Assembly: GCA_031405455.1 (NCBI GenBank)
Contig: JANNIY010000067.1
Span: 14,443 to 78,442 of the forward strand
DNA: 64,000 bases
Direction of reading: 5' to 3'
Source: Deltaproteobacteria bacterium
GTDB taxonomy: Bacteria > Myxococcota_A > UBA9160 > SMWR01
Position 1 is the first letter of the stretch. The number at the start of each line of letters is the position of its first letter. The notes beneath the pieces are model-generated. The model searched no databases. It was not told where the DNA came from and saw only the letters and a program-made list of their open reading frames with translations. Shown here piece by piece: positions 1 to 9,052 of the stretch. The position numbers and the translations under genes are program-made.

Positions 1-2
1 CC

Positions 3-1103
3 GCCGAATTCGACGTGATCCTCGCGATCGACGTCTCGGGTTCGACGAAGGTGGCGAGCGGCGTGGACGTGGACGGCGACGGCGAGGTGGGGTTCAACCC
101 GCAGCTCGAGCTGCTCGAGCCGGGCGCGTTTCCGCCGGGCACGGTATCGACCGATCCCAACGATACGATCCTCGCCGCCGAGCTGGCGGCCGCGGACGCC
201 TTGATCGCAAACCTCGATGCCAGCCGCGTGCGCGTCGGCATCGTGACGTTCTCTGGCGACATGGATCCCGAGACGGGCCTGCGCATGCGCTACGACCAGC
301 AGGACGCCTGGCTCGACATGGCGCTCACGACCGATTTCAAGCGTGCGCGCGCGAGCCTTGGCGCGATCCTGGCGCGCGGTCCCCATGGCGGCACCAACTT
401 CGCCGCGGGGCTGCGCCTCGCGGTGACGGAGCTCGCGGGGCTCACCGGTGCGAAGAGCCCGCCGCGGCCGGGTGCGAAGAAAGTCGTGCTCTTCCTGACG
501 GACGGCATCCCGACCTTTCCGATCGGCCCCGGCGGCGTCGCGGACGACGGCGACGTCGAAGCGGCGCTCAACGCCGCGCGCCTCGCCCACAAGGCCGGCA
601 TCGTCGTGAACAGCTATGCGCTCGGGCCCAACGCGCTCACGAATCCGATCGCCGCGACGGAACTCGCGCGCATCACGCTCGGCACCTTCATGCCCGTGCA
701 GAATCCCGGCGACATCATCTCGTTCCTGCAAGGTGTGACGTTTGCGAACATCGAAGACGTGGTGTTCACGAACCTCACCACGCGCGAGGTCTCGACCGAT
801 GTCCAGCTCGCCCCCGACGGCAGCTTCTTCGGCTTCGTGCCGGTGAAGGAAGGGCACAACAAGGTTCGCATCACGGCGCTCGCGTCGGACGGCTCGAGTG
901 GCAGCGTGGACGTCGATCTCGAGTTTCAGAAGTCGGGGCTGACCGAGCGCGAGCTCGCGCTCGAACTCGATCGGATCCGCGAGCGCAACAAGCAGCTGCT
1001 GCTGCTCGTCGAGCGCGAGCGCATCCAGCGCTTCCGCGAGCAACAGCGCAAGGTCATCGAGATCGAGCCCTCCGTCGAGGAGACGGAGCCGAAGCAACCG
1101 TAG
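3..1103 (+). CDS. von Willebrand factor A (vWA) domain protein, 5'-truncated by window edge
   Basis: Frame is open from base 3. MIDAS motif DVSGS, GGTNF and FLTDG motifs; DVDGDG loop after the MIDAS; C-terminal coiled coil. Confidence 0.85.
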   Translation, partial: AEFDVILAIDVSGSTKVASGVDVDGDGEVGFNPQLELLEPGAFPPGTVSTDPNDTILAAELAAADALIANLDASRVRVGIVTFSGDMDPETGLRMRYDQQDAWLDMALTTDFKRARASLGAILARGPHGGTNFAAGLRLAVTELAGLTGAKSPPRPGAKKVVLFLTDGIPTFPIGPGGVADDGDVEAALNAARLAHKAGIVVNSYALGPNALTNPIAATELARITLGTFMPVQNPGDIISFLQGVTFANIEDVVFTNLTTREVSTDVQLAPDGSFFGFVPVKEGHNKVRITALASDGSSGSVDVDLEFQKSGLTERELALELDRIRERNKQLLLLVERERIQRFREQQRKVIEIEPSVEETEPKQP

Positions 1104-1109
1104 GCTGCT

Positions 1110-2484
1110 TCAGAGCGGCATCAAGGTGGGGTCGGAGATCTCGCGGCGGACGAGCTTGCCGCCTTCGTAGATCGAGGTCACGTCGATCTTTCCGTCGCCG
1201 TTCATGTCCTCTTCGCGCTTCGCCAGCTCGGGCTTGCCCGGTTTGGCGCTGAAGGTCTCGAAGAGATCCGGCTTGCCGCGTCCCTTGGTGTCGCGTTCGA
1301 TGCGCACCACGATCTCCTCGCTGCCGACGGCACGGTAGCTCGTCCAGGTGTCCATGCGGCCGTCGCGATCACGATCTTCTTCGCTGTGGTCGCGCTTGCG
1401 GTTCACGTAGACGACGATCAGATCCGGCTTGCCGTCGTTGTTCGAATCGTGACTCTCCTGCGTCAGGCCATCGCCCACGAACGTGTAGAAGGCGTCCTTC
1501 ACCCCGTCATCGTCGCGGTCGACCGCGCGCGAGGTCATCACGCCCTTCGCGTAGGTCTCCCAGACTTCGACTTTGCGGTTGTTGTTCTGGTCGACCTGGC
1601 GGGCCACGAGAACGCCGTTCTCGTAGCTCGAAAAGCTGTCGAGCACGCCGTCGTAATCCTGGTCCTGTTCCTTGCGGATGATGAGCCCGCTCTTGGCATC
1701 GAAGTAGCGGATCTCCTCCGGCTTGCCGTCGCGGTCCGCGTCGAGCTCGCGCTTCACGACGCTGATCTCTCGCGCGTTGTCCCAACGGCCCTTGGCGATC
1801 GTCACGCGCGTTTCGTCGAAGATCGCAGCCGGCAGCTCACGATCCTTGGGCGCCTTCGGGGCGATGCGCGGGTCGGCGCGCTCGGCGAGCTTCTCGTCGC
1901 TGACGGAAGCGGGCACCGCGGCCGCCGCGGATTCACGGGTCTTTTCCTGCGATTCGATCTGCTCGAGCAGTTCTTCCTGGCGCTTGAGTTCCGCGTCGAT
2001 TTCGGATTCGAGCGCGTCGCCGCGCGCGACCTCGCGTTCGAGCTCATCCTCCATCTCGGCCTCGCGCTCCATCTCACCGTTGCTCGGACCGCCGTAGCCG
2101 CCACCGCCCCCCCCCGCCACCGCCACCGCCGGACGTGTGGAACGGAACCTGTCCGGTGATGGCGCTGTACACGAGCATCGCGCCCGCCATACCCGCCGAG
2201 CCGATGGGACCAAACGGTGCGCCAATCACGGCGCCGACCAGCATGCCCTCGACGGCGGTTTGCGCGCGTTGGGCTGCCGTGGGTCCGTTGCCCGCCGTTG
2301 CCGCCGGGTCGGGATCCGGATCGATATTGGGGGGAAGCGTTGCGGTGGCCGGAGGCGCAGACACCGGATCGAGGGGGTCGGCCGGCGGGTTCGGGGTCGA
2401 TGCGCAGCCGCCGAGAACCAGAAGCGTGGCCAGTCCCAGGGCACAAACGATCGAGCAGACGCGGGAGGCAGGGCGGGCGGTCAT
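1110..2484 (-). pseudogene. Lipoprotein with Gly linker, coiled coil and ~8 DxDxDG Ca-binding-like repeats, frameshifted at a G9 tract (2107-2115)
   Basis: ORF 2074-2484 has a lipobox (LGGC) and runs into poly-Gly; ORF 1110-2225 continues GGGYGGPSNGEME in another frame. Removing one G from the run joins them. Confidence 0.75.
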
Positions 2485-2649
2485 CGACCAACCTTTCGGG
2501 ACTGTGTAGCTCTAACTATCACATCCGCCCAAGTGCGTTCAAATCCACCCGCTGTCCGACGCATCGCAGCATCGTCGATCCCACTGCAAGAAGCTGCGGA
2601 TCCGGGCCGAACTGCGGCTCGCGATGATCCCTTGAACTTCCGTTGTGGC

Positions 2650-2678
2650 TTGACTTTTTCTCTCTATTTTCGTATCCG
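2650..2678 (+). promoter_or_regulatory. Possible sigma70 promoter for the patatin gene
   Basis: TTGACT, 17-nt AT-rich spacer, weak -10 TATCCG. Confidence 0.35.
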
Positions 2679-2850
2679 AACCGAGTGGCAAAAGCGATCA
2701 TCGGAGCGCTGCCCAGGCAACCGAACGGTAACGCGCTGCAGCGAGCGCAGGTGATCCTTCTACCCTGGCGCCACCTCGCGAGTTTCCAGCTTTTCCTCCC
2801 GCTTCGCCGATGCGCTTTCTCGAGTTCCGGAGTCCAGGAGGGCTGACGGC

Positions 2851-4212
2851 GTGGGACTGACGTTGATCCGCAAGAGCGACCCGGCGCGCCCCAAGCGCGA
2901 TCCCAAGGTCGCGGTGGTGCTGGCGGGCGGAGCCGTTTCCGGCGGCGCCTTCAAGGTGGGCGGGCTCAAGGCGCTGAACGACTTCCTGGTCGGCCGGAAG
3001 ATCACGGATCTCGACACCTACGTCGGCCTGTCGGCCGGCTCGATTCTCGCGGCGTCGCTGGCAGCCGGCATCACACCGGACGAGATGATCAAGGTCCTGC
3101 ACGGCACCAGCAGCCGCCTCGATCAGCTGCGGCCGATCGACTTCTACCGTCCCAACGTCGCGGAGTTCATCTCGCGACCGGCGAAACTGTTCTACGACCT
3201 GTGCAGCTATCTCCCCAGCGTCGGCCGCGATTTCGCCGTCGGTCTACCGGGTTTGCCCACTGCGGTCGGTCCTGCCGCGCGCGAGTTTGCGCGCGAGCCG
3301 TCCTACACGCATCTCGAAGCCCTGGCGATGCGCCTCTTCGAGCACGTATCACCCAAGCGTGAGGTTCCTGCGCTAGCGAACCACATGCCGAGCGGTTTCT
3401 TCGACAATGCCAGCATCGAGCGCTGGTTGCGGCGCAGCCTGGAGCGCATCCGGCTGCCGAACGATTTCCGCGGCTTCGAGCGCAAGCGTCCGTGCAAGCT
3501 CTATATCAGCGCCTGCGACCTCGACACCGCGGAGCGCGTCATCTTCGGGGCCGACGAGAACTGCGAGGTCACGATTTCGCAGGCGGTGCAGGCGTCGAGC
3601 GCGCTGCCGGTCTTTTATAAGCCGGCGCGCATCAATGGCATCGACTACGTCGACGGCGGCGTCCGCCACACCGCGAACATCGACATCGCGATCGAAAAGG
3701 GCGCGGATCTGATCATCTGTTACAACCCGTTCCGTCCCTTCCTCAACCGCATCGACGCGGACGACGGCGCCGGCGCCTACTTTTCCGACGGCCGCTATCT
3801 CTCGGATCGCGGGATGTTCGTCGTCCTCAACCAGGTCTTTCGCACGCTGCTGCACTCGCGGCTCAAGCTCGGGATCCAACGCTACCTCTCGGACGACCGT
3901 TTCCAGGGAGACATCGTGCTGATCGAGCCCCGCGAACGCGAGGCGGAGTTTTTCGCGATGAACCCGCTCGCATTCTGGAAGCGCGCGGAGGCGGTGCAGC
4001 ACGGCTTCGAATCCGTGCGCATGACGATCGAGCAGAACTTCGACCAGCTCGAGTCCGTCTTCCAGCACCATGGCCTGCAGCTCGACCGGGACGCTGCGCG
4101 CCGCCGCGCCGATCGCGCCCGGGCGGCCCAGGGCTGGGACGGGAGCGAATTCCCGGAAGCTCCGCCCGTGAGCGAACCGCCGTTGCGGCTGGTGGGAAGC
4201 GATCGAGCGTAG
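2851..4212 (+). CDS. Patatin-like phospholipase/esterase
   Basis: GGAVSGG oxyanion loop, GLSAG nucleophile elbow, DGG motif; SD AGGAGG upstream of GTG. Confidence 0.9.
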   Translation: MGLTLIRKSDPARPKRDPKVAVVLAGGAVSGGAFKVGGLKALNDFLVGRKITDLDTYVGLSAGSILAASLAAGITPDEMIKVLHGTSSRLDQLRPIDFYRPNVAEFISRPAKLFYDLCSYLPSVGRDFAVGLPGLPTAVGPAAREFAREPSYTHLEALAMRLFEHVSPKREVPALANHMPSGFFDNASIERWLRRSLERIRLPNDFRGFERKRPCKLYISACDLDTAERVIFGADENCEVTISQAVQASSALPVFYKPARINGIDYVDGGVRHTANIDIAIEKGADLIICYNPFRPFLNRIDADDGAGAYFSDGRYLSDRGMFVVLNQVFRTLLHSRLKLGIQRYLSDDRFQGDIVLIEPREREAEFFAMNPLAFWKRAEAVQHGFESVRMTIEQNFDQLESVFQHHGLQLDRDAARRRADRARAAQGWDGSEFPEAPPVSEPPLRLVGSDRA

Positions 4213-4346
4213 GGCGTAGCCCCCAAATCAAGCCCTCTGCTACCCCCCCGGGTGGAAATTTTCCCGTTCTTCGGTATATTGCCGGGCCTGCCAACGGCGG
4301 CTCCGGACGCGCAGCCGCAGCTCGAGGCGAATCGCGAAGCCGTGGG

Positions 4347-5132
4347 ATGTGCACCCTGATCGCCCTCCACCGCTGCATCCAGGGAGCGCCGCTCGTCGTA
4401 GCGGCGAACCGGGACGAATTCGCTGACCGACCGTCGCGCGGACCGGAGCTGCGCGAATTCGATCAGGGTTTCGTCGTCGCGCCGCTCGATGCGCAGGCTG
4501 GCGGAACCTGGCTCGGCGTGAACGCGTCCGGCGTGTTCGCGGCCCTCACGAATCGCCGTGCCGAGAGCCCCGACCCGACGCGGCGCTCGCGCGGTCTGCT
4601 CGTTCTCGACGCGCTCGGCGCCGCGAGTGCAGCGGAAGCCGCCGCGTTGGCGCTCGACATGCCGCCGGGCGCCTACAACCCGTTCAACCTCTTCGTCGCC
4701 GATGGCCAGCGCGCGTACGCCATCAGCTATGGCGTGGCCGCGAAGTGCATCGAGCTGGCGCCGGGCCCGCACGTGATCGGGAACGCCGATCTCGCCGGCC
4801 CGCCGCCCGCCAAACTGGCGCGCCTCACCGGCGAGGTGACGCGGCTCGCAGACTCGCCGGATGGCGAGCTGCTCGATCGGCTCGCGGAACTCTGCCGCAG
4901 TCACGCGAGCGGCGGCGCTGCGACCGACGACGTCTGCGTTCATGCGGGTGCGTATGGAACCCGCAGTTCCACGCTCCTGCGGCTCGCCGAGACGGCGAGC
5001 GAGAATGTGTTGCGCTACGCCGACGGTGAACCGTGCCGGGCGGCGTATCGCGATTACACCCCCCTCCTCCACCAGCTCGAGCGCGCAGCGAGTTCGGGTG
5101 GGGGTATGCCCTCTGTGAGGAGATCGAATTGA
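4347..5132 (+). CDS. NRDE/TANGO2 family protein
   Basis: N-terminal MCT, AANRDEF, GGTWLGVN and YGTRSST motifs. Confidence 0.9.
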   Translation: MCTLIALHRCIQGAPLVVAANRDEFADRPSRGPELREFDQGFVVAPLDAQAGGTWLGVNASGVFAALTNRRAESPDPTRRSRGLLVLDALGAASAAEAAALALDMPPGAYNPFNLFVADGQRAYAISYGVAAKCIELAPGPHVIGNADLAGPPPAKLARLTGEVTRLADSPDGELLDRLAELCRSHASGGAATDDVCVHAGAYGTRSSTLLRLAETASENVLRYADGEPCRAAYRDYTPLLHQLERAASSGGGMPSVRRSN

Positions 5133-5455
5133 GACGCATCGGCAGCAACATCCGCAAGCAGAACACAGATGCCAAGGCCAAGCGCATCATTCGCAACATC
5201 ATCCGCTACAGCACGGAGGAGGCGCCGCGCAACGAGTATCCGAAGCGCATCGTCTCGCCGCCCAAACCTTCGCGCTGTTGTAGCGACGAGAACCGCTCGA
5301 TGGTCGGCTCGATGCGCGAGGTCGAGGGCTTCAAGTTCTGTTACAAGATCTGCAAGGTCTGTGGCCACGCGGTGAAGTTCTACTTCCCCGCCGTCGACTC
5401 GACGAGCGACGCGGTGAAGGAATACCGGCAGTGGAAGCGCTACATGGTTCAGTGA
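5129..5455 (+). CDS. Small basic hypothetical protein with CC...CxxC putative zinc ribbon
   Basis: TTG start overlaps the NRDE stop (TTGA), SD GAGGAG, coding-like codon usage, RCCS...CKVCGH. Confidence 0.7.
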   Translation: MRRIGSNIRKQNTDAKAKRIIRNIIRYSTEEAPRNEYPKRIVSPPKPSRCCSDENRSMVGSMREVEGFKFCYKICKVCGHAVKFYFPAVDSTSDAVKEYRQWKRYMVQ

Positions 5456-5459
5456 CGCG

Positions 5460-6797
5460 TTGAGCGTCGGCGCGATCGACGACGCCGCGGCTGCGGCCGC
5501 CTGGCTCGAAGGTCTGATCGACGTCGAGAAAAATCCGGATCTGCCGTACGCCCGGCTCGGCCTCGAGCCGATCCGCCGGCTGCTCGCACGCCTCGGCGAT
5601 CCGCAGCGCGGATTGCGCGTGATCCACATCGCCGGCTCGAAGGGCAAGGGCTCGACGGCGCTGTTCTGCGAAGCCCTGCTGCGTGCGGCAGGCGAACGCG
5701 TCGGAACCTTCACCTCCCCCCATCTGGAGCGCTGGAGCGAGCGCTTCCGCATCGACGGCGCGGAGGTCGCAGGCCCGGATCTCGCTGCGGCCGTGCGGCG
5801 GCTGCGCCCCGAAGTCGAAGCGCTGCGCGCGCAGGATCCCGCCGGCGCGCCGACCTTTTTCGACGCCACGACGGCGGCCGCGCTGTGTCTGTTCCGGGAG
5901 GCGCAGGTGGATTGCGCCGTGATCGAGGTCGGCCTCGGCGGGCGCCTCGATTCGACCAACGTGGTCGAGCCCGTCGTCACCTGCATCACGACGATCGAGC
6001 TCGAGCACACGGATCGGCTCGGGAACACGCTCGCGCTGATCGCGGGTGAGAAGGCGGGCATCCTCAAGCGGGGCGTGCCCGCTGTCGGCGGCGCACTGCC
6101 CGAGCCTGCGCGGCGCGTCGTCGTCGAACGCGCGCGGGAGCTCGCAGTACCGCTCGCCTGGTTGGCTGAGGATTTCGATTACGAGATCCTCGCGACCGAC
6201 GCGAGCGGGCTCGCGCTCTCGCTGCGCGACGGGCCGTTCGCCATCGGGGCGCGGATTCCCGTGCTCGGGGCGCATCAGGCGGCGAATGCGGCGCTCGCGC
6301 TCGCCTGTGTCCGGCGCGCGGGAGTCTCCGACGCCGTGCTCGCGGAGGCGGCGCCGCGCGGGTTCGCGGCCGTTCAGTTGCCGGGGCGCGCGGAAGTGCT
6401 CTCGCGTGATCCCTGGATTCTCGTCGATGGTGCACACACGCCCGCCTCGGCCCGCGCGCTCGCGCGCGTGATCGAGAGCCTGCCGCGCCGGCGCACGCAC
6501 CTCGTGCTTTCGATCTCGGCGGATAAAGACCTGCGCGCGATCCTCGTTGCGTTGCTCCCGCTCGCGAACGAAGTGACGGTGACGCGCGCGGAGGCGACGC
6601 GCTCGCTGGATCCAGCGCGGATTGCCACGGCCATCGGGCAGGCGGCGCCGAATCTTGCGATGCGCGTGGTTCCGAATCCGCATCTCGCGCTGCGCGCGGC
6701 GGCCGAGAATCTGGCGCCGGAAGATCTGCTGTGCGCGACGGGCTCGATCTACCTCGCCGGCATCGCGCGCGGCATGTTCGCGGCCAGATCGACCTGA
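5460..6797 (+). CDS. folC: Folylpolyglutamate synthase/dihydrofolate synthase
   Basis: HIAGSKGKGST, FTSPHL, EVGLGGRLDSTN, DGAHT, TGSIY motifs. Confidence 0.95.
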   Translation: MSVGAIDDAAAAAAWLEGLIDVEKNPDLPYARLGLEPIRRLLARLGDPQRGLRVIHIAGSKGKGSTALFCEALLRAAGERVGTFTSPHLERWSERFRIDGAEVAGPDLAAAVRRLRPEVEALRAQDPAGAPTFFDATTAAALCLFREAQVDCAVIEVGLGGRLDSTNVVEPVVTCITTIELEHTDRLGNTLALIAGEKAGILKRGVPAVGGALPEPARRVVVERARELAVPLAWLAEDFDYEILATDASGLALSLRDGPFAIGARIPVLGAHQAANAALALACVRRAGVSDAVLAEAAPRGFAAVQLPGRAEVLSRDPWILVDGAHTPASARALARVIESLPRRRTHLVLSISADKDLRAILVALLPLANEVTVTRAEATRSLDPARIATAIGQAAPNLAMRVVPNPHLALRAAAENLAPEDLLCATGSIYLAGIARGMFAARST

Positions 6798-6804
6798 CGT
6801 TCGG

Positions 6805-8769
6805 CTAGTGAGCGCTGGCGTCGGCCAACGCCCGGAAGATCGTTGCGACGCTGAAGCCGGGATGCGGCGGCGGCGGCGCGGGCGGGCGGTTCGCCACGAG
6901 CGCCCGCGCGGCGCGCCGCAGGCTCGCGATCGAACGCGCGAGGCGGCGTTGCGTGATCTCGAAGCCGTCCGGCTCGCTGCGCAGCAGCCACAGGCGTCGG
7001 AGTTCGCGCCCGAGCGCCGTCTGCTCGCCGGCGAGCGCCCGCAGCTCGCTCGCCAGTTTTCGGCGGGCGGCGGCGGCGAGCCGCGCCGGCCGGCGCCGCC
7101 AGGCGAGATAGCGCTGCCCGGCGAGCGCCTTGCGCACGGCGTGGTGCGAGGCGTCGAGGGCGTAGCGCATCTCCTCCCAGCTCAGCGTTTCGCGCCGGAA
7201 GCGCGGGCCGGCCTGGCGCAGCCGCGTGCGTTCGCGATCCAGGCGTCGCAGCGTGCGCCGCAGATTCGCGGTCTTCGCGCCGTCGATGAAGAAGGCGCTG
7301 TCGAGCGCATCGAAAAAGACGAACTGGAGCGGGGAACCGTTGAACGACGCGAAACCCGCGTCGTGGATGCCGCCGAGCGCCCGTACGCGTCGCGTCGTCT
7401 CGCCGCTCGCGTCGTCGAAGAGTTGCCGCGCGAAGGCGCGGTCGAACACCTTCAGGGAGACGTCCCCCGACCAGGCCTGCTGGGCGGCCCAGGCGTAGGC
7501 GAAGAACGAATTGCCGAGCAGGTTGTAGTGCCCGAAATCGCCCCAATCGGTGACGAGCAGGCCCTCGGCGCCGTGCCGGCGACCCGCGCGTGCGTAACGT
7601 GCGATGTTCGTCGCGCTGTTGTCGAGGCGCGGATAGAGGCTGTTCCACGTCGAGGTTCCCGGGCAGACCCAGAAGCGGATGCCGTGGTCGGCAAAGCGCT
7701 CCACGCGATCGTAATCGTGGTCTGCCTCGTACCACCAATCGAGCAGCACGAGATCGCGCGGAATCTCGGCGATGCGCTCCGGGTGCGCGTGGACGACGTC
7801 GCCCCAGATCATCGCCTGCTTGCCGTGCTGCTGGGCGAGGCGTTGCACGCGCGCGACGTGCTCGAGATAGACGCCGCCCGGCCCGAGCGTTTGCGCGCGC
7901 TCGCGCGATTTTCCGTGCTCGAGATCGAAGGGCTCGTCGCAGTTCGCGTTGAACCAACGCGAACGAAAGTTCGGGAGGAACTCGTCATAGAGATCGGCGA
8001 GCAGCGCGTAGCTGCCAGGCTCGGCCGGCGAGAGCGTCCAGCGCCGCGCGGTTTCGGCGAGCGGCGCATGCCGCGGGAGCGAGAGGATGCGCTCCATGTG
8101 GCCGAGCGATTGCAGCGACGGGATCAGATCGACGAAGCAGGCGGCGGCGTGGACGTCGAGCTCGCGCAGCGCGGCGGCGGTGAGTGGAGAGGCGCCCGCG
8201 CCGATTTCGGGATGGCGGCGAAACGCGAAGGTGTGCTCGACGTAGAGCATCAAGACGTTGAGCTTGAGGCGCGCGCAGAGATCGACGAGCGCGTGCAGCG
8301 TCGCGAGGCTCGGCACCTTGCCGCGAGAAACGTCGAGCATGATTCCGCGCCGTGCGAAATCCGGGGCGTCCTCGATGGAGCAGGCCGGAATCCGGCCGCG
8401 CCGATCGACGAGCTGCGCGAGCGTCTCCACCGCATAGCGCAGCCCCGCAGGGCCTGAAGCCGTGAGCCGCACCCGCTGCGGGCTCACGTCGATGCGGTGG
8501 GCCTCGCCCGCATCGGCCTCGCGATGAAACTCGATGCGGGGGCCGAGGTCCGCGCTCCGCGCGTGCGTTTCGATCGCGAGCCGCACACCCGCGCGATTCT
8601 CGATCGTGCTGCGCAGCACGATCGCCGCGGCGAAATCCGAATCGCGAGCGTCGGCTGAGAGCACGATCGGCGATCGCTCGTGCAAGCGCAGCGATCCGGC
8701 GCGGCGCAGCGCGCTGCGCGGCGCGGGTAGAAGCGGGGGAAGCTCGGCCTTGCGGTCGTCACGCGGCAT
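6805..8769 (-). CDS. Glycoside hydrolase family 20 (beta-N-acetylhexosaminidase-like)
   Basis: IEDAPDFARRGIMLDVSRG, SLGH, catalytic CDE pair, TDWGD; start taken at MPRDD. Confidence 0.85.
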   Translation of the reverse strand: MPRDDRKAELPPLLPAPRSALRRAGSLRLHERSPIVLSADARDSDFAAAIVLRSTIENRAGVRLAIETHARSADLGPRIEFHREADAGEAHRIDVSPQRVRLTASGPAGLRYAVETLAQLVDRRGRIPACSIEDAPDFARRGIMLDVSRGKVPSLATLHALVDLCARLKLNVLMLYVEHTFAFRRHPEIGAGASPLTAAALRELDVHAAACFVDLIPSLQSLGHMERILSLPRHAPLAETARRWTLSPAEPGSYALLADLYDEFLPNFRSRWFNANCDEPFDLEHGKSRERAQTLGPGGVYLEHVARVQRLAQQHGKQAMIWGDVVHAHPERIAEIPRDLVLLDWWYEADHDYDRVERFADHGIRFWVCPGTSTWNSLYPRLDNSATNIARYARAGRRHGAEGLLVTDWGDFGHYNLLGNSFFAYAWAAQQAWSGDVSLKVFDRAFARQLFDDASGETTRRVRALGGIHDAGFASFNGSPLQFVFFDALDSAFFIDGAKTANLRRTLRRLDRERTRLRQAGPRFRRETLSWEEMRYALDASHHAVRKALAGQRYLAWRRRPARLAAAARRKLASELRALAGEQTALGRELRRLWLLRSEPDGFEITQRRLARSIASLRRAARALVANRPPAPPPPHPGFSVATIFRALADASAH

Positions 8770-8806
8770 GTTGCGGCAGGCTAGCGAGAACGCGCGGGGC
8801 TCGCGC

Positions 8807-8898
8807 AAAAAGAGACGCCCGGGCCGGCTACATCGCACAGGGTGCGATGGGAGGGGGTGCCGGCCCGGGCGTTGCGGATGTCCTGTTTTCAGTTGCAC
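8807..8898 (-). ncRNA. Candidate sigma54-dependent small RNA (~90 nt)
   Basis: Downstream of a consensus sigma54 site. 14-bp outer stem (8815-8828/8859-8872), 8-bp inner stem, unpaired ACCCCCUCC bulge, then CUCUUUUU; no credible ORF. Confidence 0.65.
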
Positions 8899-8908
8899 CC
8901 GGTATAAG

Positions 8909-8924
8909 AGCAAGCGGTGTGCCA
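8909..8924 (-). promoter_or_regulatory. sigma54 (-24/-12) promoter
   Basis: TGGCACACCGCTTGCT on the minus strand matches TGGCAC-N5-TTGCW; intergenic. Confidence 0.85.
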
Positions 8925-9052
8925 TCCCCGCGGCGTTCGCCGTCCGCCGCCCAATCCAGCCAGCGTGCGGCGAACGGGATCACACTCCTTCTCGATGCGG
9001 CAACCAGCCGGCAGGCAAGCGGAGACGAGTGACGCAAAATGTGTCGCGTGGA

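Noticed and set aside
4243-4265. C7 run and GTGGAAATTTTCCC palindrome upstream of NRDE
   Set aside because: Spacing differs from the PEP-CTERM box, no sigma54 site nearby, and the run is too short to argue phase variation
8807-8898. Naming the sRNA as Pxr, 6S or SRP RNA
   Set aside because: Too short for 6S, lacks the SRP loop motif, and sequence identity to Pxr cannot be shown by eye
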